Shown: in pieces, positions 1-13,076 of the stretch | Position numbering within the stretch: position 1 is the stretch's first letter | Layout: each line of letters starts with the position of its first letter | Assembly: GCA_040357565.1 (NCBI GenBank) | Contig: JBDODJ010000006.1 | DNA length: 63,998 nt | Reading direction: 5' to 3' (one strand) | Origin: Cercozoa sp. M6MM | Taxonomy: Eukaryota; Protista; Endomyxa: Ascetosporea | Notes under the pieces: generated by a model | What the model saw: only the letters and a program-made list of their open reading frames with translations | What the model was told of the DNA's origin: nothing | Database searches by the model: none | Program-made: the position numbers and the translations under genes

Positions 1-52
<52 letters not shown>

Positions 53-58
53 ACACAT
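1..58. repeat. (CA)n microsatellite
   Basis: Direct reading; probably intronic in the giant membrane-protein gene. Confidence 0.95.
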
Positions 59-99
59 GAACGTACACATCGTGGTGGTGGTGGCATGAGATAGAGGTA

Positions 100-1129
100 C
101 ATTAAGGATAGGCCGCCGTAACCAAACGAAGCGTCGATCGTCTAAAAGCCACGCGAAACGGAACAGCGCGAGTTCGTTGCTCAAGAAGTGCAACAGACCG
201 AGTAGTCCACGGCTTCGCCACTGCGGAACCACCTCGGCCTTGCGCAGCAGCAGAAAACCGTCGTACGAGACGTACTGTCGTGCCAGTGCCTCGCGGTACC
301 GCCATTGCAACACGCGCGTCGCATAAACCAGCATCAGTACAATCACCGAGGTGTACAGCGCCATTCGTGCGTACTGAAAGGAAACAGAATGCTAGGGTGC
401 ATAGAGAAATTTAGGATGAGGACAAAAAGGTACCATGTCATCATAGTCAGAGCCGCTCGATTTGACGGTAGCCAATGCGACCAGTGTACTCATTTGTGCC
501 ACACAGCACAACTGCAGACACATGCGGTGTCTCGATAGATACACACACACACACATGCAACTGGTGTACATGCAACTAGTGTACCACTTCAAGAATATTG
601 TCGGTCATTTGTCGGTATGGCCAAGTGCAGATGAACTACAACTCACTTCACACAGAAATAGAAATCAGACAGAACAAAAACGTACCACAGCTGCGCTAAA
701 GACAACAAGGAGTGCGCTGACAAAGATGCCGGTGCGCTGGTCGCCCGCAGTCACAGAGGAAATGACACACACGAAGAGCGTGCGACGTAGCAGCATGGAG
801 ACTTCGGCATACCACACCTCTGGTCGATACACCTGTACACAACATAAACCTATCTCTGCAGACATGTTACTACGAAACTTGGTACCTCCATAACAACGCC
901 AAAGTTGTAGTAGCCCTGCGGGTTGAACAACTTGCGACTCAGCAGTAGACGATGACCCGTGGCAATGATGCGATACGGCACGTAGACGCAGTACAGCAGC
1001 ACAAAGACGACGGCCCAGACTCGCAAGCTGCTGTGCTCACTGGAACCGCACTCGACCGACGGGTGCAGTGTCATCACGAGTGGGCCGTCCTAATGCACCA
1101 TAGGACACCTCTGGGTCACACGCACACGC

Positions 1130-1181
<52 letters not shown>

Positions 1182-1191
1182 NNNNNNNNNN

Positions 1192-1239
<48 letters not shown>

Positions 1240-3986
1240 CGGAGCCAAAGCACACAAATACCGAGCCAGCACGCTTGCATGGGAAGAACACGTCAAAGCA
1301 GATGCGCACAATGTTGGAGTGACACATGAGCAGCACGTGGTACAAGGTGCGTTTGCCAGCTTGCCACTCCACCGCAAAGGCTATATTACAACACGTCACG
1401 CGCTACTACATACACAGATAAGTGTATCTTCTGGGTACTGGTGCTTCGATTCAGAAGACAGCGAAAACGCAGGAGACAGTATAGCAGCACTCCGAGCAGC
1501 TGTGGCTTTAGCAGACTCAGCAAAATCTGCGACGGCACACTGCAGTGTTGACAACAAGGTAACCATACGGCAAACTAGTCCACAACATGCGTATTTGTAC
1601 CCGAGTCGACCGTAGCAGTAACCACCCAAGATAGCAGTTAAGTCTGCATCCAACGTAGTAAGCACAAACAAAGAAATCGAAGTGGTATACCGAACTCGAA
1701 CAGGCCCAGGACAACGCGCACGGCGTAGCTACTGGACCGGAAATCGTAGAAAGTGCCGAGCATGGTGATGACGTGCACATGGAAGATCGTGATGCGCACG
1801 GCAGCGTCGCGAAAGCAGAGTGTCACAATGTGCACGCCACACAGCAGCATGGCAAACACGGCCAGCGCACGCGCAATGTTGCCGGCCACCTCGTGGGCAT
1901 CAGTGCACGACACGCAGTATGTGCCCCTGCCATAGGTTCAGTTCAAAGCATACACAAGAATATAGAGGAACAGGAATGTACCACATGTAATAACCCGGCA
2001 GACAGTGTCGGCACAACGGATTCTCTTCGGCAGGCAGTCGATTCTTTGCGCAGCAGTTGCGCACCTTGACTGGACCGAGCGACGAGTCGGGGTAGCAGTG
2101 CGAGCCTTGATGACAGTCGCCGACCTTGCAAACATAGACATCGGATTCATGCAACTATCAACATGAAAGCAAGGTTACTCGACACTGGAAGGGCGTGACG
2201 GCAGCAGTCACGGGATCGAACTCGAGCCACACATTCCGCTCGGCCAGCACGTCAGTGCCGCGGCAGCTGGCACCGATCGGACAACCGATGCACACGTCGA
2301 ACCGTCCCGATGCGAACGGTTGCGGTGAGTACTACATATACTCATATATACAGTGCATGTGTGTGTATGTGTGTGTGTGTGTGTATGAGAAAAAGGTACA
2401 GTGTTGTCGGAACACTCCGTGCAGCGAGTGAGACCTTCTACGAGTGTGCCATTGTGCACCGTCTCTATGCAAGTAGGGAGTCAATTGCAGCACGAAACAT
2501 TAGAGATAACAATACCAGGTCCATAACAAGGCAGACAGTGATCGCTTGCTATCCTCGAGGCGTACGTGAAAGGCGGACACTTGGCGCAACTGAAACAATT
2601 GCGTAAACTCAGTGCACAAGTGGGAAAACTCTGCAAAGGTTACCCAACAGGACTGCTGCCAGAAGTGGTCGACGTATTGAACGGATTCTCGCCAACGACG
2701 TGAGTGCCAGCTGGACAAGGACTATAGCAATTTATGAATCAACACAACGAAGTCCGATATCCGCTGGAATTGAAAAGTCACGTGCAGGTGCCGCCCGCTG
2801 CAAAGAAAAAATAAAGAAACAAACCTCAGTTTTGCACTCAACAGCAACCAAAAAGCGAGACAAGTTACGCTCCGAGTAGTATCCTGGCTGACACAACACG
2901 CATTCGCCGATATCGTTCGGGTCAGGCTCCTGCTCAATCCCCCAATCAACAGTTCAGACACAGTTAATTTCCATGAAAGCAAACAGAGGGTGTACGAATC
3001 CGCGCGGACACTCGCGATAGTTGAGTCGGAAGAGTGACTTGGCTACGATGGAGTTGTCTCGCCAGTCTTGATCAGTTTGCGGCGACTCCAGTGGCATCAA
3101 CAGCACGTCTAAACCATAGGAGAACCCGACGCCTTTGATCACTTGCGGAATCGGTGGTCTGCCAACATTGTTTAACATAGTGGAACATGTGTGCACTATA
3201 AACAGAAACAATACAGCGTGAATTCGATCTTGACAGAAGCATCCTCAAGCTGCTTGACGTCTACGTCGGTGATGATGTGTCGCTCTCCTGTCTCCGGGTT
3301 GGTCAGTTGCGTCGCAAAGGCAAAGAACCGCATGTCCAAGAAGAAGGCCTGCACGCGGATACGTGCCGGTGTGCCATGTCGTTCGCACCCAGTCAGCACG
3401 TTGCCGACACTCTTGCAGTTATCGAACTCGCCAGTCAGGTCGTTGCCCTACTCGAATAATTTTGTTTCTTTATATAAATGTGTATTGAGTGTCTACCTGG
3501 AGGAACTGCACGAAGCGAGCAGCGTCGTAGGACAGCAGACGGAAGAAGCGCGCGTCGTGTCGCAGCGGCGGCAGTGCCCACGAGGTGACACTCGCGGCCA
3601 CACTGGCGCAGCCGAACTCCTCGCACTTAATGAGACCCTTCATCGACTGCGACAACTCACCGCGACGCCAGCTCTCCCACATCGGCAGCGGCACCTCCGC
3701 GCGCATGTGCATGGTCACACCCACCTCCACGTAGTACTCCTGTCCAGCACATAAATATTTCTAATCTATTTGTACGAATAGATGTACAGAGATAGTGTGT
3801 ACATGCAGGCCACTTGGCACGTTGACCAGGATGATAGTTTCGTTGTCAGCACGGACAGACGGGTCGACACTGAAGCCGTAGCGTTGTTGCGCACGCTGCT
3901 TCAACTTGAGGAACACGTCGGCCGTCATGCTTTCGAACCCACCGACACTGCGAGCTGCCCTGTGCTCTCACAGACATAAAGTCACA

Positions 3987-4028
<42 letters not shown>

Positions 4029-7000
4029 ACACACACACACACGCACACACACACACAGGGTTTATCAAGACAACACACAGGAGGAAGCTGTCATAGGACG
4101 ACACGTTCATGACATAGGCGCCATACGAGATGGTATCACCAACGTCGGCATCGATGCCGACCCAGTCAGCTGGTCTCTTTGACCTCACCTGCAGTGTACA
4201 CAGTAACCGAGCAGACACACGGGGCAAGGATGAAAGAGTACCGTGTGGTTGGCCCCGATATGCACACTGACCAAAAAGTCGTAGGCACTGTCCAGAAGGA
4301 CATCGAAACCTTTGCCCATGAGGAAGACCCAGTCACCAGCATCGCCAGTGTAGCCGACGCGACAGTTGGCCGCCATCAAGCAGTGCATCGGCTCGGTGAG
4401 ATTATCACTGCCACACAGACGAGGCACCACATCGTCCTGACACTGGGCGGTACCGATCGGCACAGTGGCACTGCGCACTGCCGTCACTGCGAAGGGAGCG
4501 TAGTCGCGCATCTGCACTAGCGTGTCTCGCGGCGTGTCGCGTCGCAGCTGCGGCCACAAACGCAGCGTGCGATGCCACGCGTCGTACTCGTGTATCACCA
4601 CCGTCAATGACACCGTATCTAGCAGTGTGCCGTTCAGTCGGAAGGGAGTGAAGTCGGCCACATAGCGACGCGTCTTTTTGTCGTCGCACTGCCCGGGCAG
4701 ACACGACACCTGCTGGAACGGCCGGCAGTCGATCGCGTCCACGAGGAGACACAGCAGCTCGCCGCGAATGCCGTTGGTTACGAACTCCACCACTATTCGC
4801 GAGAATGGCGCACTGTCCAGACACAGGGTGCGCTTGTACATCGAGACATATACAATTGGATAGTCGTACATGAAGTCATCGACCGTCGTGCCTGGGTACG
4901 GATTGAACGAGTTTTCAAAGTACCAGTTTTTGGTCCACTGCACGAGCAGCACACATATGAATAGATACACAAACTGAAGAGAGAATAAGGTAGTGTACCA
5001 CAGGGTCCATCACAGCATGCGACAGTTGGTGCGTCTTGTCGACAGCGAGCAGACGGAACTCGTTGCGCGAGGCCGTCTCGAGAGCAAAGTACGTGAACAC
5101 ACTGTCAGCGTTGCTGATGGCAGATACGGTGTCGATCGCACACGTGTTGTTGAGTACGTGCACACCACGCGACAGTGAGAAGACGTAGTGCTTCCGTTCC
5201 ACGAAAGGTGCGGGCGGCAGTTCGAACACGAGAGTGTCGGTCCAAGTGACTGTACCTGGCGCACCGGCAGGCAAACTGGTCGGCCGCAGTGCAGGCAGTG
5301 CCCACTGGACTGTCGTGTTAGGCACTGTCACTTCTTGATACGACCACTGGTTGTGCTCACGCATGAAGACCTTCAGTATCGCACCTGGGGCATCCAACAT
5401 ATGAATAGGAGAGACCTATGTAACAAGGAAGTCCTGTACCATGGTTGGTGAAGTTGCTGCCATCGAGAGCACGCACATTGCCCGACGCGATATCGTCGTC
5501 GTACATCATCGGCACAGCGAATGGAAAGCGCAGCGTCAGAGTGCGATTGTCAAGCTCGTAGAGGTCACCATAGTCCCATACCACATGTTGGTGAACTACA
5601 CAGAGACACAAGAGTACATACCAAGAAAAAAGCACAACAGCAGCAAGGATACAGTGCTCGGAAGAGAATTTCGAGTCGACGCCCGGCTGTCGCGAGAAGT
5701 GAAACGACGGTTGCGGCGAGTAGCGACGCGACTCGATTCGACACAGATCGGACCGTCTCGGAACACCGGGGTCCACGGCCAACTCGGCCTCCACAAAGTC
5801 GGCCCAGGTGCGTCCACCGGCAAAGTGCAGATCCGATAGCAGGTGCATGGGTCCCACCTCGACCATATCCGTGTCACTAAAGAAGGCAAAAGCCTGCAGT
5901 GTGATAGCACCCAGAGGTGGCAGTGTTGGATGCAGACCCGTGATGTCCGACCACGTGAAGGAAGGAATCGCAATGTCCTCCATGGCAATGTTGTCACGCG
6001 TGTGAGTCACACGACGCAGTACTCGATCCCGGTACAGGAAGTGATGCTTCACTTCAAAGACGATCTTGCGTACACCCGTGTTGTTGGCATCGATGCCTTG
6101 TGTGTTCCACCAGTACAGCGACGGTATGAAGTGACCACCTTGCATCAGCATTGCTGGAAGACCATTGATCTCCATCAGTTCACTTGGCGTCGTTGCGCCC
6201 AGTTTCTATACAACCTCAGAATGACACACTTTATAAAAGAGGGTTGTTTGTACCGGAATGGCATGCATCAGCGAGAATGGCATCGCGAAGAACAGGTGCG
6301 GTACATAGCAACCCGCAGGTACAGCACCTTCACGCATGCGGCAGTGGTGCTCATCCTAAAATATATACAGCTAGCAAGGTTATATCCCAAGCGCTAACAT
6401 AAGTACCATGGAGAGAGCGACATCGCCAACGATTGGGTACAGTCGCAGGTTCACTTTCAGCGAGTCCTCGCCCGACACCGTCGCCATTCGACGAAGGTCA
6501 CGTCCTGCAATCAAAGGCAGTACACTGATACTCAAGTACAGTATGGTCGGTGTACGCAAGAAGGAGAAACGCAGACGTCGAACGAGGCCTTCCTGTGGTC
6601 CGATCAGAGCCGCATGCACAGGCTTCTGCACCGTCACGACCTCTTTCACGTCGCCGACAAATGCAACCTGAACAGTAGGCATAACAAACAGCACTGTATA
6701 TAATAAGATTGAAATACCCGATTCTGCAAGGAGAAGGAAAGGTTGCCGACAGGAGGATCGCTGCCGGTGTAGTTGAGGTGATTTTTGAACACTCTGGGCA
6801 TCACAAGTGGCGCCATCATTGCGTAGCCATCGCGTACTTCCACGTCGACCTAAAGCAACACAGGTGAATACTGAAGGTTGAGACAGGAAAGTCCAAGGTA
6901 CACTGGAGACAGTGAAGCCATCCAAAGAGTCTCCGCTCGTCCAGAAGCGTGCCACATTGTCGATGCGATCGCTCAGCAGACGCGCGCGGAAGTCAAACTC

Positions 7001-9476
7001 GACGTCGTTCGCGTAGGTGCCTGGTCCGCTGTACCGCACAGGTACTGCACACATACAATGTTCAACAATGTAGGTAAATGTGTAGAAACACAAGATACTG
7101 CCCTTGCTGTAGACAAAGAAGGACACGGCGACATGTGCATCGTGCGGATACTTTGTGCTGTCCAAATTGTCGTAGCCCGTGCGGTCCAGTTTCATCTCTA
7201 CTCATAGTCAAATACAATGATATACAGTACAGCAAAGAGAGGAAAGGAGGTACCATAGTCATCGAGCAGACAGCGACCAATGACAGTGCCACGCGAGGCG
7301 TAAGGCAAGACGATATTGTCATCATCGAGTTCATCGTGCACAATGATACGCCGCAACATCGTTGAACCGACCGACTTGGTGTAGGCCTCCATCGACAGGT
7401 GCGAAAACGAGGCCTCCATTCGGTTCAATCGCGACAAGGACAACGGGTGCTCATCAATGCCATCTTCGAAGATGTCGACACCGCCGATGAAAACGACGGA
7501 CTTGCGGCCCTTGTTGCCGTCGCAATGTATGTTGCCAACGACTTCGAAGTTGAGGTACGTCAGTCCGGTGCCCACCATGATCTCTTCCGTCCACAGATTC
7601 GCAGCATTTGCACTACAAAGAACACTTCCATAGAAACATAATTTTAACAAAAATAAAGTACCGCGTCAGATTGAAGACACTCTGGTTCAACTCGAGCATG
7701 CTCATGTGCGTGAGATTGTAGTCGGCAATGTCGGCATACGGCACACGTGTCAAATCGCACTCATCGTGGAAGGGAACGCTGCCGAACTGTCCTCCCGCGA
7801 GAGCAGTCGGCACAATATTCGCCTCGCCGTAGATGTCGTAGAACGTGGCATCGTAGTGACCGAGCCACTTGCCCGTGAAGTTGACTTCTTGCGCACGTGT
7901 CAGCGAACACAGATCGAGTGCCGCCAGGTCGCTCACGTTGACGTTTAGACCGTAGGCTGCCTCGAGTCGCGGAAATGACAGTGTCCAGTTGCTCCCGGGG
8001 GAGTCAATTTGCAGATTCATCTTGCCCGTGATCCACCGCAGTCTAAGAAGGTAGCTGGATTTCAAAAAGGAATACCGAAGAAAAGTAAGTTTACTGAGGG
8101 AGGAACAAGACGTTGTTTGGGTGGAGGAAAGGTAAGCGACTGGAAAAAGAAATGTCAACGTCTTGAACCGAGACCAAGTCACGCATCAATGTCGAGATCA
8201 CAAAATCGGGTCTAAATCATGAAGGTAAACCAACTTAGTACAAAAAAAACGAGGGGAACACGGTACTCGTCCTCTGTGTCATCAACGATCTCGATTTCAA
8301 AGGACTGCAACGCTTTGACGTTTGAAGGCAGGACACATGCCTTGACTGCTTCGAGGTTTCGCACTGCTTTGTCCCAAGACAAACCTGCGGCTTTGAAAAA
8401 CGTGTTCGCAGCCCACCTAAAGCTGTGTCCAATGGCAATGTCGTCGCGCGCGAACAGGCACTCTCTGTAGAAAACAATAGATCAAGCAAAAGCCAAGTTT
8501 GACCATAGAAAACTCACGATGGGTATGGGTCGTAGTTGTTGTCGACACGCAATCGAAAGTGATACAACTCCAAATGTTGCACCGCACGTAAGTTGCGAAA
8601 CTGGATCCATGGGGTGCTGCTTTTGTAATAGACACTGTCAGAGACTCCGGGCCACCAACGGGGAGTCTCCAGCTTTAAACGTCCGACCAGCTCAAGATTG
8701 TCCAGAAGCGAGTTTGCACCAAAAGACGTAATTGACGGTGCCACGGTAAGAGATTGTGCTACTCTCACCGGCGGAAAGCCGTGTACATCAAGCCGGACTG
8801 AATTTCTGCGCAATGTCTGTCAAAGCAGTTTCCTAAACATGTTGCAGGACAGAAGTACATCTCAGAAGTCGTCAAGACGATATTCCCCAAAATGGTACTC
8901 AATGCTGACGGATGCTGTGTGCTGAAATGCGCGGTCAAATCTCCCGATAAGACTGAACAACAGACATCAATACGGTAGATCTCCGGAGTTCCAGATACAT
9001 ACCAAATTTGAGTTGTCCTTGCAGTTTGCCACCCAGAATAATGTTGGTCATGTTAAGCACACCACTCCCCTCAATGGTCCTGTTTTTACACAGATACGTA
9101 TGGCTTGATACAGAAACGGATAAAGAGCTGTCACATAGGAACGGTTACAAACTGCTTTGTTCGCCCAAAAAGTTAATGTAGGCGTAAAAGTTACGCACAA
9201 GGTTCAGCGAGTTAACGGCACTTTGCCTCACGACAAGCTCACCAAGAATAGACACACCATCCGGACAACTTAAGTCGTTATACAACTCAAGGAAATCCAA
9301 GGTCAGTGGTTCATCATCCTATAACACGCGCGCCTCACAAACTGCATGACAGGAAAATCGAGACGCACCTCCTGTCGGCAGCACGAACCACATGGAACCC
9401 CAAGATTGTTGGCTAGCACCGACACACTCAACACCAAAGACAATAGCACCCCGGCCAGCAGCGATCGGTAGCCCAT
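100..9476 (-). CDS. Giant multi-exon receptor-like membrane protein (signal peptide, receptor-L/LRR-like repeats, Cys-rich modules, C-terminal multi-pass TM region); 3' end runs off the left edge
   Basis: ATG at 9476 starts a hydrophobic signal peptide (MGYRSLLAGVLLSLVLSVSVLA). The exons checked join across GT-AG introns (RQE|DDEPLTLDFLELYNDLSCPDGVSILGELVVRQ...). L-domain-like segments (FPRLEAAYGLNVNVSDLAALDLCSLTRAQEVNF), a Cys-rich juxtamembrane module (CCAKNRLPAEENPLCRHCLPG), then several hydrophobic helices including VYRPEVWYAEVSMLLRRTLF. Not every exon junction was resolved. Confidence 0.65.
1118..1238. repeat. (CA)n microsatellite with 10-N gap, intronic
   Basis: Direct reading. Confidence 0.95.
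3988..4056. repeat. (CA)n microsatellite, intronic
   Basis: Direct reading. Confidence 0.95.
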
Positions 9477-9728
9477 CGATCGGCGGCAAACCGGGCTGGG
9501 AGGCACAGACCCACTAAAATACAGTCTTTTTTAACCGCAGATGTGTCCAAACGCGTTTTTGCGAGTGCACCTGGCTTGCATTCTGATGTTCCAGTGTTGG
9601 TACTTTTTGCTATTTCGGCTCACAGAAGCAAAAAGAGCCCAAACTAAAAACAACGAGCATAACACTCTCCGTGTCGTTTGCTGTGCTTGGGTGCGTGCGA
9701 CTTGTTAATTGTGCGGCCCAGCCGGAGA

Positions 9729-12700
9729 ATGGCGCACATCGAGGTGCCTCGCACGACTGTGCAGTTCACATTCCCATTTGAATCAGCCAGCACTGCGCCG
9801 CGCGTTTTCTTTGATGCCTTGCATCGGTGTGTTTGTACTTCGTTGGTTTACACATTCTCACCCTAATTCCCTATGTCATAGAGAAGTGATCGTGGCGACG
9901 AACGAGAAGCAGGTGTTTGTGTCGCACCGTCCAAGTGCGACATTGTGCGGCAAGCAGCTGCAGTTGCCGATTCCGCTGGAGGATGTCCGCGGTCTGACCT
10001 TCTCGCCGTGTGCGCAGTTCCTGTGTCTGCACTCGAAACACGAACTGGTGGTGATGCTGAAGGACACGGGCGAGGTCGTGGCCACAGCGTCACCTTCTCG
10101 CAGCGGTGCCACCATCCTCGGCGTCTACTGGGTGCAGAAAGCCAAGAAGGGAAACCTGCTGCTGATCACGTCGCGCGCCTTCGAACTGTTTCAGTTCTCG
10201 ATTCTGGGCGGCAAGAAACGAAAGGTCGAACTGAAGCGTCGTTCGTCAGTCAAGACAGACCAGTGCAAGTGTCACTGGTACCTGCCAGTGCACGAGTTCG
10301 CACTGGCCCTGGACAGGAACGATAAGTTCCGCGGCGTGTGCGTCACTCCGGACGGTCTGCTTCGCGTCACATCGTTCGAGGTGAAGAACTGCGCACAGAC
10401 GACGCTGTCAGATGACGTGGTGGAAGGCATGTCGCGCCAGGTGACACTGCTCGATCTGTACGGACGCGTCACCTGCACCTTTGTCGACGAGGTCAGTGGC
10501 AGAATGCATGTGTTTGCCTTGCGTGACGGCAAGGAAGGCAGCAAGAGCATGCGACACACGCACACACTGGACCTCATGGGCGAGGGCACCTTCCACGTCA
10601 GTGCCATCGACTCGGTCCTCGTGGTGCACTCACTTCGCAACAAGATGCCGCTGCTCTTTGATGTCGCTGATGACACTAGGTACTTTGATATCTTGAGTGG
10701 CATTCTGACTGATGGTTTTGTGATGTGACAGTGGCTCGGGTCTGATCGCGCCTCTGGTGCCGCCGCTGCCGATCGCTGTGGCCGAGGTGTGCAGCGACAG
10801 TGGGCGCCACTGCAACGATCCCGGTGACGAGGGTCCCGTGTCCTACGACGACTGGAACTTCCTGGCGCCGCGTTTCGTTGTCTCACTTCGTCTGGATGAG
10901 TACACTGTCCTATTCTCTCCGTGCATTTGTTGACTAATGGGGATTGTGAGGGTAGGAGGACACGCGAGCTCACAGGCAAGTTCCTGACACTGCAGCTCAA
11001 CCTGAACTGTGTTGCCAAGAGGTACTTATTTGTATCACATATGCTTATGATAGTTATAACATCGTGTTGCAGTTGGAGACACCGAATGTCGCAAGAAGAC
11101 AATGATGCCGCTTTGCTCGCCTTTTTGCATCGAAGGAGACCGGTACTATTGTATCTTTAGTGCCCTGTTATTGTGTATCACTAACGATGTGGGAACAGCG
11201 GACGGCGAAACCGTTGATTTTGAGCACGATGCGTCGCATGGTACAGTCGCATGCGCTGATGGACAAGCGACAGGTCTATGTCGGAATGCGCTCGCTGTCG
11301 GCTGCGTTCAATCGCGTCAGTCGCGTGTGTCACCGCGCACTTGTCGAGAGACTGTACTACCCTCATATCTCCTCCTTTAACGATGTAGTATAATGCTCAC
11401 GATGGACACAGAAAGTTGCTGCGTCGACTGAGTGATCTGCAGAAGCAAAAGAACCGGTCAGAAGGGGCACTGTTCACGACGCATGCCGCCTTGCGTGCCA
11501 TGCATCATGTCAGCGAGTATGAGGGCATCGACGAGTTCGACAGCGTGTCGCGTGTGCCTCTCCTGGCTGCCGATGTCATGCCACTGACCTGCCCTGTACC
11601 CTGAGCTATTATACCTATGCACTCTCCCTAAATGTACCTTCTTTGTAGTCTTCAAACAGCCACAAGATGTCCTACTCGGGCATGCCGAAACGCACGCTGG
11701 CAGGCGAGCTGGTGTTGCCGCAGCTAGCACTGGTGACCGAGGTGATTTTGCCGGTTGCCAGGCAGGTCGGCCCGGCGCGAGTGTGTCCTGTCGTGTGCGA
11801 ACTGGCGCGATCAGTGACACGTGCGCGACTCGAGATCGGCACGGCACTGTCGCACTGCATTGCGCAGTTGTGTCTTCAGTCGCGTCGCTTCTACGACTTG
11901 CACCAGTTGCTCCAGTACCACGTGCTGCCAGATGAGGCCACTCTTGCTGCAGGTACTCTTTTGTCTCTTAATATACTCCCGTGTTGCCATGTACTGCTAC
12001 ATTTTGTTGCAGTACTACTACGACGGTCTGAGGTGTACCCGCCCTTCCTGCAGCTGGGTCTGGACATGCTGCGTCGACTGGGTCGACATGGACTGGCGTG
12101 CCACGCGGCACTCGGTCTGCCGGTAGAGATCACGCACGAGAAACAACAAGAGGAGATGGACGACATCGAGGACATTGACTTTGCCGTGTGCGAGGACGAG
12201 GATTGCGACTTGGTGCAAGGTGTCGTCTCTGTGCCCCGGAGGAAAGCCAGTGTGCAAGTCGTCACGGCGCTACGTTTCTCGCGACGCAGTGCGACGCAAC
12301 AGAACTACACAGAGTTCCCGTGTCCCAGAGGTACCGCCCACTGCTCCTGTGTTGAATCACTCAACGTGTGCCTTCTTGCAGTGTTCTTTGAGTGTGCACG
12401 AGAGAGCGGCGATCCCAGAGTCGTCCTGGCCGTGCATGAGCACTTCCTGGCAGTCTTCTTGGCCCTACGCGGCAAGGCAGCCTTCCTACCAGAGGACGAG
12501 TGCGACGACTTCCTCGAGTTGGTGGAGAGAATCAAGACGCCGCCTCCCGAGTGCTGCGCGCTGCCTGAGGACGAGAGCGACGACTTGAACGACTCGGCAC
12601 TGAGCACTTCTGCACTCAATGACTCGGCGCGCTCAGAGTCGCTGCCCGGCCAGGAAGAGACGCAAGATCTCGCCCAGACTGTTGAAGAAGACACGGCGCT

Positions 12701-12791
12701 TGTTGAAGACGAGCTGGAAGAAAAGGAACACGTCGAAGACGAGCCTCTGGAGCCAGCGCCCGCTGCATCAGGCGACGGCTCAGACAACTAA
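9729..12791 (+). CDS. RMC1: Regulator of MON1-CCZ1 complex (RMC1/C18orf8/Mic1 family)
   Basis: N-terminal beta-propeller-like region starting ...RVFFDALHREVIV; C-terminal Mic1 motif RRFYDLHQLLQYHVLPDEATLAAVLLRRSEVYPPFLQLGLDMLRRL after splicing; acidic tail. Confidence 0.85.
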
Positions 12792-13076
12792 TGTAGTATT
12801 TGCTGGTTGTTCCTTTCGTTTGTATATGCTGGACACCACCCCAAAAAGATTGGCACGTGCTCACTGCTGATCGCTGAGCTAAAGCAGCACTCGCACTCTA
12901 CAGACCACAGAAAGACCTCACGGCGCTTACTGGCAGCCAAAGGTGAGCGAAAAAGGAAAGTGTGCCTGCTGTGCTATTGGGAGCCAGGCTCTGAGCACTT
13001 TCGCCTTTAGAGTTTTCAACCAGTGCAGGGGTAGGCTAACACGTGTGTAGGTGACAGGGCCGCACCAGCCAGAGTC

